Shown here: positions 33,515 to 47,216 of the stretch, piece by piece
Position numbering within the stretch: position 1 is the stretch's first letter
How the letters are laid out: every line of letters starts with the position of its first letter
NCBI GenBank assembly: GCA_965235115.1
Contig: OZ249437.1
Span: forward strand, 18,662,001-18,726,000
DNA length: 64,000 bases
Origin: Laetmonice hystrix
Taxonomy: Eukaryota
Direction: 5' to 3'
Made by a program: the position numbers and the translations under genes
Notes under the pieces: generated by a model
Databases searched by the model: none
The model's input: the letters and a program-made list of their open reading frames with translations, nothing else
What the model was told of the DNA's origin: nothing

Positions 33515-34745
33515 CAGGAGACACGAGCCGTCAACCCTGGCCGAGACTGCAGCAGGCACGAGCCGTCAACCCAGGCCGAGCCTGCAGGAGGCACGAGCCG
33601 TCAACCCAACCCAAGCCTAGAGGTGGCACGAGCCGTCAACTCAGGCCGAGCCTGCAGGAGGCACGAGCCGTCAACCCTGGCCGAGCCTGCAGGAGGCACG
33701 AGCCGTCAACCCTGGCCGAGACTTCTGCAGGCACGAGCCGTCAACCAAACCCAAGCCTGCAGGAGGCACGAGCCGTCAACCCAACCCAGGCCTGCAGCAG
33801 GCACGAGCCGTCAACCCAGGCCGAGCCTGCAGGAGGCACGAGCCGTCAACCCAACCCAAGCCTAGAGGTGGCACGAGCCGTCAACTCAGGCCGAGCCTGC
33901 AGGAGGCACGAGCCGTCAACCCTGGCCGAGCCTGCAGGAGGCACGAGCCGTCAACCCTGGCCGAGACTTCTGCAGGCACGAGCCGTCAACCAAACCCAAG
34001 CCTGCAGGAGGCACGAGCCGTCAACCCAACCCAGGCCTGCAGGAGGCACGAGCCGTCAACTCAGGCCGAGCCTGCAGGAGGCACGAGCCGTCAACCCAAC
34101 CCAAGCCTGCAGGAGGCACGAGCCGTCAACCCAACCCAAGCCTGCAGCAGGCACGAACCGTCAACCCAGCCCAAGCCTGCAGGAGACACGAGCCGTCAAC
34201 CCAGGCCGAGCCTGCAGGAGGCACGAGCCGTCAACTCAGGCCGAGCCTGCAGGAGGCACGAGCCGTCAACCCAACCCAAGCCTACAGGAGGCACGAGCCG
34301 TCAACCCAACCCAAGCCTGCAGCAGGCACGAGCCGTCAACCCAGCCCAAGCCTGCAGGAGGCACGAGCCGTCAACCCAGGCCGAGCCTGCAGGAGGCACG
34401 AGCCGTCAACCCAGGCCGAGCCTGCAGGAGACACGAGCCGCCAACCCAGCCCCAGACGACAGGAGGCACGAGCCGTCAACCCAGGCCGAGCCTGCAGGAG
34501 GCACGAGCCGTCAACCCAGGCCGAGCCTGCAGGAGGCACGAGCCGTCAACCCAGCCCAAGCCTGCAGGAGACACGAGCCGTCAACCCAACCCAAGCCTGC
34601 AGGAGGCACGAGCCGTCAACCCAGGCCGAGCCTGCAGGAGGCACGAGCCGTCAACCCAGGCCGAGCCTGCAGGAGACACGAGCCGTCAACCCAGCCCCAG
34701 ACCACAGGAGGCACGAGCCGTCAACCCAGCCCGAGCACGAGCCCT
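33515..34745. repeat. 35-bp GC-rich minisatellite, ~35 units
   Basis: Unit gcacgagccgtcaacccaggccgagcctgcaggag; source of the 427-aa ORF. Confidence 0.97.
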
Positions 34746-35380
34746 GAACCTCGTACGGAAACCGGAACCAGAAATGTGCTGACATCTCACGAGGGTACCG
34801 TCAGGGACGCATGCGCGTGGAGATCCCATCCAGAGGGCGCCAGTAGTGCTCAGCGTCCGTGCCCTGGCGCCAAGTTGTTTAGCCACTGAGAATTAACCAG
34901 GAGGTAGTATTTCCAGGTAGTTTTGACATGTGACGTGTTGGTTGTAGTTCCCAACCTTTACCTGCTACCAGACACTCCTCTAAAAGGATCAATCCAGACG
35001 AGTGTCGCCACCACGCCAACCGTGCCTGTCGTCTAACAATAACTGTCAGTTCGAGTCTGGCGACTCTCCGCCACCGTCAATGGGACGCCTGTGAGGGTTG
35101 CTCCCCATGGAAACAGCCCAACGAAATTAGGGGTGAGGGGTAGGGGTATGGGATTGAGGGATTGGATTAAATGTTGAGGAAGGTCTGCCCACCGGGAGTA
35201 GAAGTTATAGGGTTAGGTCTGGGGGCTAGTGCTAGTGATGGATATATTGCAGTCTTACACCCAAGTTTCGCGGGGAAGTTGCGATAGGGTTGACGTTATG
35301 AGTACCGTGAGCGACACGTTCACCGGCAATGAGCCTTGACAACGGGAGGAGTCAGATGGGATTATACACGGAGATTAGAT

Positions 35381-35714
35381 GCCTGGCTTGGTGTCTCGGT
35401 GGTTCCTTGTCGTTGTGTGTGCCTGGCTTGGTGTCTCGGTGGTTCCTTGTCGTTGTGTGTGCCTGGCTTGGTGTCTCGGTGGTTCCTTGTCGTTGTGTGT
35501 GCCTGGCTTGGTGTCTCGGTGGTTCCTTGTCGTTGTGTGTGCCTGGCTTGGTGTCTCGGTGGTTCCTTGTCGTTGTGTGTGCCTGGCTTGGTGTCTCCGT
35601 GGTTCCTTGTCGTTGTGTGCGACTGGCTTGGTGTCTCCGTGGTTCCTTGTCGTTGTGTGTGCCTGGCTTGGTGTCTCCGTGGTTCCTTGTCGTTGTGTGT
35701 GCCTGGCTTGGTGT
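35381..35714. repeat. 40-bp minisatellite x~8
   Basis: Unit gcctggcttggtgtctcggtggttccttgtcgttgtgtgt. Confidence 0.97.
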
Positions 35715-38018
35715 CAGGATCAGGACGGAGTTCAGCCTCAAACGTTATGTCGAGTTCCCGTCGTTTGACACAACTCATGTCACCGAGGCTAGGTCCCAGA
35801 CAGCTGCACTTCCCGCAAATTTAACATTTATATAAAAGTATGCTCACCTTTTGATCTTTTCTACAGTTTTCCTCCTTTTCACTCAGTCAGTCTCTGAATT
35901 ATTCATCACTATACATGTACATATGAAATATTTTGAGAATTAACTCAAGTATTGTCTATCATGTCCTTTTACTTAGATCTGCGAGTGATTCAACTGTAGG
36001 CTGTATCATGGGACGGGTTCTCTTTTCAAAGATGGTAGAGAAATGATTCCGTAATCTGTCGGGTATAATGATTGTCTTCATCACCCCCCCCCCCCTCCCG
36101 CCATCATGAACTTACAATGAACGCTTGGATGAGAACCAATGTCACAGCCGGGACTCCGTGTAAAATAATACTGTCTCTAAACTTCAATCAGGACTGAGAG
36201 TGGTCCGAGGATGGTCACACATCTTTTTACGTTTGAGATATGATACCAACGAGACCCATTCAACTTTGTCTGGCTTGTCGCCTCAAGTATACAGCAACGC
36301 TTCAAGACGCCATTAGGAAAATCACCATCACAGGCGTGCAGTCGGCTGGGAATCCCCATCACAGGCGTGCAGTCGGCTGGGCTCAGATGTCTGGGAAGGC
36401 ATTGTTCGGAGCCGTGTAAGATCTATTGTGAAACCGTTTGGTCTAATCGACGCGAGGCTTGGTTACCCCTAGCGGTACACGCGGATACATCTCGTGTTGA
36501 TCGTAATCAGGATCGAGTCTGCGGTGGAAGTCCCCCCCGTGCCTCTAATCACCGCTAGGTGGCCACGCACACGTCAGAAACTTGGTCTCGTGATATGTCA
36601 CAAAATTACACAGTCCAGAAAGAAATCGACTGTATGCAATATGACGGAATCCTCCCGACCATGACTCTGCCTGGTCTAGTTATTTCAATAGCAGTTTTAG
36701 TTTATGCTGGATTAAGTTACTTTCGGCAGACTAGATTCCTACACGAACTTGTATGTTTAGTCGTATAGCGGGTATTTTGTTACGGCCGACCCGTACATGA
36801 ATGGGTGGGAGGGGGGGGGGCGAATTAGTGTGTTTAAAGAACAAAAATGATATAATAATCCGATCCGAACAACCCTGACCATGTTCTAGTTATCAATTTT
36901 AGATCAACCACGCTGGCTGATGTTATACCGTGTAAAATCGACGGCGTGGACTCTAGGCTTAAACCCATTGTTTAACAGATGGTCAATAAAATACCGGCTT
37001 CAAATTAAAGATGACAAGACGTTTCGTCATGCTCAATGACCGTTTAACGTTACCTTGACGAGTATCACAGCCGGTTGTCTGTGATGTCTAGAACCTCACC
37101 GGCATCAATTCTCCTACTTCACAGACAACCTGTATGTCCTACCAACCTTAGAAATAGAGTTGTGTCGCATAAAGATGACCAAAGGTGAGTCTGCTGTGAT
37201 GTAAGGTCAGAGTTCAGAGGGACGCTGTAAGATGTTCGTCTGTTGGTTAGTGACGTACGCTGTCAGTGTCGTCTGCTCTCCAACACCTGTAACAGACGCC
37301 GCGTCCTAGCGGCGGCAGGTCGGCCCACCTGGCGGGCGTTGTTGTTACTACGACTGATGCCGCCAACCAGCAGTGAGCGTTGTCCCAGGCGACCCCAACC
37401 GACCACCATTGAGGTAGAAACATAAAGGTGGGAATGAAACTCCACACAGCTCACAGCTCACGGTCATACAGCTCAGACTTCACGTTTTCCTCAACCTGAC
37501 AGTGTCGTGGATTCAGCACGGCTCGTGTGGTCCGGCGGCTGCGACTGTTGTGAGAGGAATGAGGTTTTGCAACCCTTCTTTGCCCCGCCGAGCGTTCGAC
37601 TGGGGTATGCAGTCTTCCCCCCCCCCCTCCCCACCACCACCACCACCACCACCAGCGGTGCGGTGGTCTAGGCAGTCTCAGTGCCTTACCCTCGTCTACA
37701 AGGATTCCCTGTCAGCAAGCTGAACAGGGTATCACATTCCAACCATCAGGGTTCTCTCGATGAGAACCAGCTGATAAAGAAGTCTAAGACATGGAGTGTC
37801 GAGCCGTCAAGCCAAGAAATCGGACTTGTTTCAGCTAAACAAGTCTACTCAAACTTTGGCTCCCTATCCTCGATGCCAAGTGATGGAGGAGGAAGAGGAG
37901 CAAGAGGCTTGTGTGAGGGACTGAGTGATTTAGGTGGGTTACGCCCTGTCGGCAGTAGTTCAGACATATTCAGGGTAATATTAACCATTTATTTCAGTCA
38001 GGGACCTGTTGGTGATCA

Positions 38019-38270
38019 TGAGGATGAAGTGCCTCCGGGAGGCAATCCCCTACCCTTTTCGAAAAATGGCAAGGGTTCTTTTCTATGCCCAGTCGCACAG
38101 CACTGGGGCCGCTGAGAAAAATGGTATGGGAAGTATATGCAAATTCATCTGTGCCACACAGATGATTCTGCAATCCGATCCTCGACCACTTCTCCACACC
38201 AGCCCCACCCCATTTATCGCCTTTTACGAACAACCAGGTGCTGAGCTGAAGATCGATCATTCTTACCTCT
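38019..38270 (+). repeat. Old dispersed repeat, copy A (unclassified)
   Basis: Colinear blocks shared with 45248-45482: gaggatgaagtg, aaaatggcaa, tgattctgYaat, ctcgaccac, gatcattcttacctc. Confidence 0.7.
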
Positions 38271-41200
38271 GAAAATCAGAACAAATACCTTTTATTATTC
38301 ACCCAGACGGAGGCCTGCTTGAACATATTGGCTTTTTGAGTCGACTCTTTGTGTGTGTGAGCGCTTGTGTGATATATTTCCCAACCGAATTCGCCGTCAT
38401 CCCCCAGATTAAAAGCGATTTTTGCAATGATACAAAGTTCTGGATAACTCTTTAAGAAACAGCGCCCCCTGCACTTCATTTAACACTTTGACACAATAAT
38501 ACAGTTATGCTTCTCTATCACCCTTTCACACCACGGGTAAACTCAAACTGATCCATTGTCAAAATATTAACATGATACTGGTATCCCCCACTTGCCTGTC
38601 GTCAACGTAGACGTAGTAAATTTTCCATTTCAATGAAAAACAAAAGTTGTTGGCGCCAGAAGTAGGTAATAGAGTCGGAGGTTTATCCACGCTCACGCTA
38701 ACGTCATTATGCGGACTCCACCCTCCACCACCATACCGTACTGGCTCAACCGTCTAACAGATTTCATTTGCCCTTTTTCGTCGCAGTGTCCGATAAATAA
38801 CGGAAGGAACCCGCCTTTTAGCAGACCGTATGTTCGTGGTGTGGAACAAATTGGCCGAAAGGTGCACAGCTATCTACGGCAGGCCCACACCATAGCTCAG
38901 ACCACATCGACAAACGTTTTAGCTATAGTATATAGTGTACATGTACGACTATTCATGCTGCCCTGACCAGCTTTCGGCTAATTTCCCGGGCGCTTTACCA
39001 AGTCCAGTTGGCAAAAGAGTTAACGGCTACATCAGAATCTTGTCAGAAATCAGTTCTAGCTAGTACAGAAGTTTTGCTAGAACCAATATGGGCGACCGGA
39101 GTGGAGTTCGAGGTTACCAAACTTCCCAGAGGTATATAAGAGGTTGAATCTTATCTAAGATAAGATCTAAAGACATTCTGTAAAGGCGCGGAAGGCATCT
39201 GCTGCCGGCTCACCTGCCGCAGTACCTGAGCAAAGGGTGCTGTCAATATCTGCGAACACGGGGGGGGGATCCCCGACATGCAGGCCTCTCAGACCTGGCA
39301 ACGATCGGACCGGGGCAAATTAACACCCAGCAACCCCACCGTGCATAGCGAACACAGCTTAACGTCTCTCCAGGAAATAGTCCCGGCTAAAGACTATCAT
39401 TACTCATCGGGCTGGTTTCTGAACCTCCCGCTCACCCCTACCTCGTGACCTTTGACCTCTTCCTGCGGCCCTCCGGATTGACCAATGACCTCCTGGCACA
39501 TAGAGTCCACCTTGGGAGGAGGCCAAGGACCAAGACCGACGTGAACGCTAACTCCAGTTACGAATACTGTGGCGTGGTTTCAAAGATTTATGCCCTGAGA
39601 CCTTAAAGTTTTCTTGTTGCTTTCGTACGGCGTCTGTGTATTTCATTGAGAGTCACGCTCGGTGATCGTTTTTAGAACAATCTCTTCCTCGGGTTGTCTT
39701 TGTCAAAAGAAAACTAATCGTAAATCACGAGACAGGGGTTATCTTACACCCAACGTGCGCACAAAACACGAACCGAACCTCGTGCGTCTGAGACGATGGC
39801 TGCGATTGGCTGAGAGCCAGGTCACGTGGTGATAATTGGGGCCGGGCCAAGGTCAGTATGAATGACTGCCAGGTGTACACATCACAAAGTACTCACAACT
39901 CAGGAAGTTTCCTGACCCCCACACCCACACCATTTCAGTCAACAACTCGGCTAGAATTGAATCTTTATTCTGGACCTGAATTAAGCTGGTAAGATCATGT
40001 TTGATGTCGAACAAGAGGGATGAGATCTTAAACATCAAGTTCAAACCGTGACAAACCAGACCTCTAATTCCAGCTCTGTGAGGCGTGGATGTTAATACTA
40101 CAAAGATAATTGACGACGCCGCACTTTCAATATAAACTTTACTAACAACACAGAATGTCTCTAAGGAAAACGTGTCAGGTCTTATCCCGACGTTTACACA
40201 CAGAGTTTCTGTCAAGGGTACGTCGGATATCACCTTTAATTCTCTCTAATACGGTTCGCAAATAGAAGGCCATCGACTCCATTTTTCTCACCTATAGGAC
40301 AATACTTCACCAGGACCATCGTTACTGATCGCCCAACAAAAGAGCAGGCATACTGCATTCCATCTCTGTGTAAAAAGATCCAGAGGGGTAGAACTCTTCT
40401 TCCTCTCCTATAGGCCACGAATTCAGTAGAGGTCCTGGTATATACAGACACGTATAGTAACAGCTGTATGTATATTAATTAACGTTCTAAAGTTCACGGT
40501 TAGATTTCTTAGTCCAAGTGGACAGAATGTTATCAACTCAGTAAGAAATCTCTGGGACATTCAGTAGGGCTGCCCGAGTCGCCTTATGGTGTCTAAACGT
40601 CTCGAGATGTCCGCAAAAACAAATGGTAAACCAACATTGGCCTACATTTTGTCCTTTTTTTAAAGTTTGTCAGATTCTAAGACTATTTAGGCCAGTCCAA
40701 AACGCCTGCCTATTTGTTATAGATAACCTGTCATTGAGTGAGGAAACAGTGAGACCACGGCCCGGTTAATAACAAACACTTTTAACGGATTTATGTTTTA
40801 TCCAGCCTAAGATTGCGCCTGGATCTGGTATGCTTGTATTATATAAGTATTATAATACAGACAGAAAACTCAGGTAATGTTCCTGATATATTGTTGTTAA
40901 TTGCGTGCGAGCGTACTGAAGTGAACGTTATTGTGGACCCAGCGGGCCGCACACTACCGCCCCGTTAACTTCTCTCAGACACGTACGTAAGTATTTAAAA
41001 ACATAACAGACGCCAGGGGATGGGAAATGAAACGATGGAACGGCTTGACGCCACCAGGCCATCAACACTGCATACTACCGCTACTATACATCCGTACGCT
41101 GTTTGTGGGACGCTCAGATGACTGGTGGAGATAGCGTTTAGAAGCCATTGTCTGCCCACAGACGTCTCCCAGAGATAAGACATTGGTCCTGAGGAGCTGA

Positions 41201-41716
41201 GATACCAGCCCGCCACAAACAACACAAACAACGGAAGTAGTCGAGCAGTTGTATGTGTACCTCGAGCGGCGTGGCCACTGATGGATTACGGCGAGTGAAA
41301 ATCAGTTCTTCTCTCAGACATATCATAAATTGACCGTAATATAGGTTTCAGACAATTTAATTTTGACATATCCACATGCCTTTCTACACGGAGGGTTGTT
41401 ACACTGGTTCACTGCTTGATTCCCCTGACATAGGATAGGTGCTGGGCCCGGGTTTTTCTCCCTCGAAACTTAAGGTATTTTCTTACGCTGAAGCCGAAAA
41501 ATTCTGAGGTTTGGCGAATTGGTTCATTGTTGAATTCTACCATAATAAGTAAACCTACGTGTGGCAGATGTAGGTTTGGGTCCCACTTCTCTCATTGGGA
41601 CACCCCAGTGCTCCACAACTTGGTCGTCAAAGTCGTGCCATTTTTTATGGAAAACATCAGGGGATTGCCTCCCGGTGGCCGGTTTCCTTCTTACTTCATC
41701 CACATCATCACCTCCT

Positions 41717-42589
41717 GGGATTCAGAGACACTAAACCATCATCCACATCATCCCTGGGATTCAGGGAACAATAGACCATCATCCACATCATCCCTGGGAT
41801 TCAGGGAACAATAGACCCTCATCCACACCATCCCTGGGATTCAGAGACACTAGACCATCATCCACATCATCCCTGGGATTCAGAGAACAATAGACCCTCA
41901 TCTACATCATCCCTGGGATTCAGAGACACTAGACCATCATCCACATCATCACCTCCTGGGATTCAGAGACACTAGACCATCATCCACATCATCCCTGGGA
42001 TTCAGAGAACAATAGACCCTCATCCACATCATCCCTGGGATTCAGAGAAATATAGACCCTCATCCACATCATCCCTGGGATTCAGAGAACAATTATATAG
42101 ACCCTCATCCACATCATCCCTGGGATTCAGAGAACAATAGACCCTCATCCACACCATCCCTGGGATTCAGGAAACAATAGACCCTCATCCACATCATCCC
42201 TGGGATTCAGGAAACAATAGACCCTCATCCACACCATCCCTGGGATTCAGGGAACAATAGACCCTCATCCACATCATCCCTGGGATTCAGAGAACAATAG
42301 ACCCTCATCCACATCATCCCTGGGATTCAGAGAACAATTATATAGACCCTGATCCACATCATCCCTGGGATTCAGAGAACAATAGACCCTGATCCACATC
42401 ATCCCTGGGATTCAGAGAACAATAGACCCTCATCCACATCATCCCTGGGATTCAGGGAACATTAGACCCTCATCTACATCATCCCTGGGATTCAGGGAAC
42501 AATAGACCCTCATCCACATCATCCCTGGGATTCAGAGAACAATAGACCCTCATCCACATCATCCCTGGGATTCAGAGAACAATAGACCC
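41717..42589. repeat. 40-bp minisatellite x~21
   Basis: Unit catccacatcatccctgggattcagagaacaatagaccct. Confidence 0.97.
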
Positions 42590-42789
42590 ACTGACACTCA
42601 ACAACGTCTCGCCCCAGGTATGGGTGAAATACTGCTGACGGCGGGTGAAATCAGTAATTTACTCCCCCTCTAGTCGGTTATTCTCTGTATCTAACAGCAT
42701 CTCTGCCCCTTACCGCGGTATTTCCTGTACGAATTCCTCTGAAACAGCATGGTTTCCTCCATGGGGTTCAGGTCAAACTGTATATCACG

Positions 42790-43289
42790 AGATGATGGCG
42801 TATAATGGGTGGAATTCGTATAACTAAAGATAGGTTTTACCCTCCCGAGCGCCACTCTAACGGGCGGTGTGTACGAGGTGATGGCGTATAATGGGTGGAA
42901 TTCGTATAACTAAAGAATTCCCTCCCGAGCGCCACTCTAACGGGCGGTGTGTACGAGGTGATGGCGTATAATGGGTGGAATTCGTATAACTAAAGATAGG
43001 TTTTACCCTCCCGAGCGCCACTCTAACGGGCGGTGTGTACGAGGTGATGGCGTATAATGGGTGGAATTCGTATAACTAAAGATAGGTTTTACCCTCCCGA
43101 GCGCCACTCTAACGGGCGGTATGTACGAGGTGATGGCGTATAATGGGTGGAATTCGTGTAACTAAAGATTTCCATCCCGAGCGCCACTCTAACGGGCGGT
43201 GTGTACGAGGTGATGGCGTATAATGGGTGGAATTTGTATAACTAAAGATAGGTTTTACCCTCCCGAGCGCCACTCTAACGGGCGGTGTG
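42790..43289. repeat. ~86-bp minisatellite x~6
   Basis: Unit gatggcgtataatgggtggaattcgtataactaaagataggttttaccctcccgagcgccactctaacgggcggtgtgtacgaggt. Confidence 0.95.
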
Positions 43290-43310
43290 TGATTGGTATT
43301 CCATTTCAGT

Positions 43311-43535
43311 TCCAAGAGCTACGACTGCAAGCTATTCCAAAAGCTACGACTGCAAACTATTCCAAGAGCTACGACTGCAAGCTATTCCAAGAGCTACGAC
43401 TGCAAGCTATTCCAAGAGCTACGACTGCAAGCTATTCCAAGAGCTACGACTGCAAGCTATTCCAAGAGCTACGACTGCAAGCTATTCCAAGAGCTACGAC
43501 TGCAAGCTATTCCAAGAGCTACGACTGCAAGCTAT
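43311..43535. repeat. 25-bp minisatellite x9
   Basis: Unit ttccaagagctacgactgcaagcta; solo copy at 43931-43960. Confidence 0.97.
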
Positions 43536-44877
43536 AGGGCGTTTAAGTATGTCACGAGAATTCAAGAGATTTCGCGTTAGCGGGACAAGGAGCAAATAGC
43601 CTCGCTGGTTTAACATTGCGATGCCCATAGGGAACAGTGACGGTCAACTTTGAAATATTTTCATTCTGCAGTCAAGTCGCTGTTAATGTTGAGCGTTACA
43701 TTACATGATTACCGGGATGTTTACTCTAGGATAAAGTTTGTTTTATAGTTTAGAAAGTTAGATTGTGAATATACAGGCTGGTTTTTGTGAACCTGTCGGC
43801 CCTGTCAATGTTAATCCTATGGGGAAATTTTTGACGTCACAATCGCTTGGCGCACTTTAGGCGCTATCGAGTGCTGGTTTGAGGCTATTTAACGTCATTT
43901 GCATATCCAGGTCACGAGACTTAAACCCCCTATTCCAAGAGCTACGACTGCAAGCTATTCGAAACAAACCCCCTATCTTTTATCTGCCTTGTTCTCTACC
44001 ACCATTTCAAGTTTCTCTTGTAGGCATATAGAAAAAAATGAAATGGTATTAAAAATAAATTAACCGTAATATAGGTTTTATTTCAGGCCGTCATTGAAAT
44101 CGGCCTGATTTTTCCCAGTATATCATTACAAAGTAGGCCTACACGTAACTTTACCCTTTCGGCCTTCTGCTATGGGCGGCCATCCTAGACATGATATGCG
44201 CGCGCAGTGTGACGTAAAGAGTTTCCACTGTAGTGCTCCATTCTTGACCCCAAGATGGAGGGCACTTCCCCCAGTCAGTTTGTTAAACTACTTTCGACAG
44301 AGATTAAGGATGTAGGCATCTAGGGAGATCGTTCTTTATACTTCTGTAACAGAAATTGACAACGCTCAACACCTGGGTTCACTCAATATTCCCACTGGAT
44401 ACGGGTTGCCGGAGTAACTTCAAAGGGGTTTATTTCGAAAATGTGGATCAAAAACACAGACTGCATGGTCTAAATCTGTAAGTTGGAGATAGACGTTACT
44501 ATATGTAATTCGCCGGAACAGGCTGCATGTTTCGAATCGATGGCCTTTGAGAGGGATTCACTGATTTCAAATATTTATTTTAAATCTCTCCAGTCAGCAA
44601 TACTTCTCCAATATGAAACGATCTGTGAAAACGTGACCAATGACCCTCATTCTTCGTGCCATCTCTCTGAGGTTTGGCCTGTTGCTCAGGTTTGGCACTC
44701 CTTAAACGGGGTTGAGGATGAAGTCGTTGATGATCAGCCTTGTCCTGCGCTAACTCAAAGTCTCAAAGGCGCCTGTCAAACATGTCGTAGACAAACTACA
44801 TAAGGCCAAACGCATCGAGGCCGCACGCTCCTTGTGTACGTCGACAATCACAAAGGACATATTTGAGATTCTCTTGG

Positions 44878-45130
44878 AGTTTGTTACCTCATTCTGCCGT
44901 ATGTATCTCAGAGCGCAGGAATAGTGAGGAGTTTGTTACCTCATTCTGCCGTATGTATCTCAGAGCGCAGGAATAGTGAGGAGTTTGTTACCTCATTCTG
45001 CCGTATGTATCTCAGAGCGCAGGAATAGTGAGGAGTTTGTTACCTCATTCTGCCGTATGTATCTCAGAGCGCAGGAATAGTGAGGAGTTTGTTACCTCAT
45101 TCTGCCGTATGTATCTCAGAGCGCAGGAGT
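44878..45130. repeat. 52-bp minisatellite x~5
   Basis: Unit ggagtttgttacctcattctgccgtatgtatctcagagcgcaggaatagtga. Confidence 0.97.
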
Positions 45131-45247
45131 AGTGAGACAGTTAATTGGGGGTCCACGCCCTGCTGGCAGCTCCTCCTCTCAGGGCGAGAACAACCCTACC
45201 ATAACTTTTTTAGTCATGGGGCTTACTCCAACTCCTGTCCAAAGAAG

Positions 45248-45482
45248 ATGAGGATGAAGTGAGAAAAGATCCCCGCCCTGGCATTTTCAGAAAATGGCAA
45301 AACAACTGAAGATACACAATCCTTGATGATCTTGTTGAGGGAGAGCCAATGAGAGAAATGGCACTGGAGGAATGAAACCCTTCTACGTCGCCCAGTTGAT
45401 TCTGTAATAGGACACTCGACCACCTCCTTGCACCAGGCTTTGCCCCATTCGTCGACTCTTACGAAGGATCATTCTTACCTCA
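45248..45482 (+). repeat. Old dispersed repeat, copy B (unclassified)
   Basis: Same colinear blocks as copy A at 38019-38270. Confidence 0.7.
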
Positions 45483-47216
45483 GATCCCAAAGGGGGCCTA
45501 TAGGAGCAGAACCACCCTTCCTTCAACAGCAAATTAAATACTGGCCGAATTATTAACATTTTCATTCATTAGGTCCTTGTCCTAGAATAGACTTGAATCA
45601 TTGCGATAAAATTAATACGATGATGAGAATATCGACGTGCCAGCTACGGCTTCCTCACTTGCTATCACTGTTGAATTAAAGGCATGTTTTACTGTATAGA
45701 TCGCTTTAAGGGTTGGTGAATATCCTTTCTGTTCGGTTCCAAGTTGACAAGATTGAACTTTACAACTTCATGTTCACTAAAGCGTTTAGTATAGTAGTCA
45801 GCTAGTAGTAGTAGTAATAGTCGTAGTAGTAGTCGTAGATAAATCCGTTAAGCGTAACGATATCGTGATGGCAGTGCTAACTTAGATGGTCGTTAACACT
45901 TCGGCTCCTGAGATCTTTTAGTGTTAGACATGACGTACGTATAAAGAAACGGGTCTCATATACTATGGGACGCTATGGTGGGTCGTGGAAAGGGGTTATT
46001 GGGTTGGCCAATGGCGTCAGTGCACTTATCGAATATAAACGATTAGAGAACTGCTTTTAATGGTCACTTACGTATATCACTACGGATCAGAGCACAACCA
46101 CATTGCTATATTAGCAAGCTCTTTAAAAATCACTGAAATTCTTCAGTTCGGAAAGAGGTTGCATTTGGACAGATACATCGCACACAGCTAATGGCCAATA
46201 AACCACATGTGCTGTATACTGTAATTGTAATGTTCTCTCACCCATTCATATTGTACAATCTTCTTAAAGACCTTTTTGGGCTAGTGTCGCCTGGATGAGC
46301 TAACACTGTCACCTGACTATATACTGTATGCTTCAGAAGAGAATATTTATTGTCCAAGTCAGATCTCCTCTAATTGATGACTGCTTCCTGCTGGCCAGTG
46401 GGTGAAATCTCTTTCGAATTGTGAAAAGAAATTGTTATCCCTTTACGCCACAAAGCATTCCCATAAATCTGGTGATTTTTTTTCAATTAGTGGTTGTTAA
46501 AGTCAATACAGCCCAGAGACGCTGCCCTGGGGTATATGGTGATATATGGCAACAAAATAATATTAACACACCTATTTAAAGACAGAGAGACATACAGGCA
46601 GACAGACAGACCTCTGAAACCTCTCTCTGTCTCTCTGCTCTCTCCCTCCTTCTTCCCCCCCCCCCCAAAAAAAAAACAAACAAACGTACTTAGTGTTGTA
46701 TCAATTCAGTTTCATGGAATTTCCCCGCAGTGAAAGGCTCTGTCCGTGTGTCTATCCTAAATCTGGACCAAAGTCGTCAAAAAGAAAACGAAGAAAGGGA
46801 CCGCACTCCCAATCGACCCCTGTAAATATATTGTATGTTCCCGTGTCCGGAGTGAGGCGAGTACAGCATTCTGTTCGTTCACAGGGCAGACACAGTAACA
46901 CGACCATTCTGTTGTTGGAAACTACCAACAACAGAGCTGCGGTTTTTCCTGAGGCTGGCAGAGTGGTTTCCTAAAGCAGATACTATTGAATCTCGGAGTC
47001 ATGTGACCGGTTTACAGTGTTTACGTACGGGGATGGCAGGATGGAGGAGCACATGATGCTCCGTCACGTTGGCTTCAACCGCCTTCCGTCTACAAACGGT
47101 CTGCGCATGTTCACAAACCAATCCTTCCGCCGGAGACCACCTCAATATGCTTCCACAACATGTAGACCTTCGGAACTACACGGACATTAATGTCTGCCAA
47201 GGGTATCATTGCATTA

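Noticed and set aside
35329-35835. Overlapping ORFs on both strands
   Set aside because: Artefacts of the 40-bp repeat; the same applies to ORFs at 3082, 15017, 43223-43599, 58296-58797 and 59519-60065.
36661-36750. Plus-strand exon MTLPGLVISIAVLVYAGLSYFRQTRFLHEL with a gtatgt donor
   Set aside because: Signal-anchor-like, but no compatible downstream exon could be found.
44300-44760. Decayed Harbinger transposase (minus; ...VFTDRFILEKY...SVTEV*RTI)
   Set aside because: Faint by-eye resemblance across several stops and frameshifts; needs a translated HMM search.
41717-45130. Hammerhead ribozymes in satellite units
   Set aside because: No CUGANGA...GAAA core with flanking stems found by eye on either strand; an Infernal scan was not possible.
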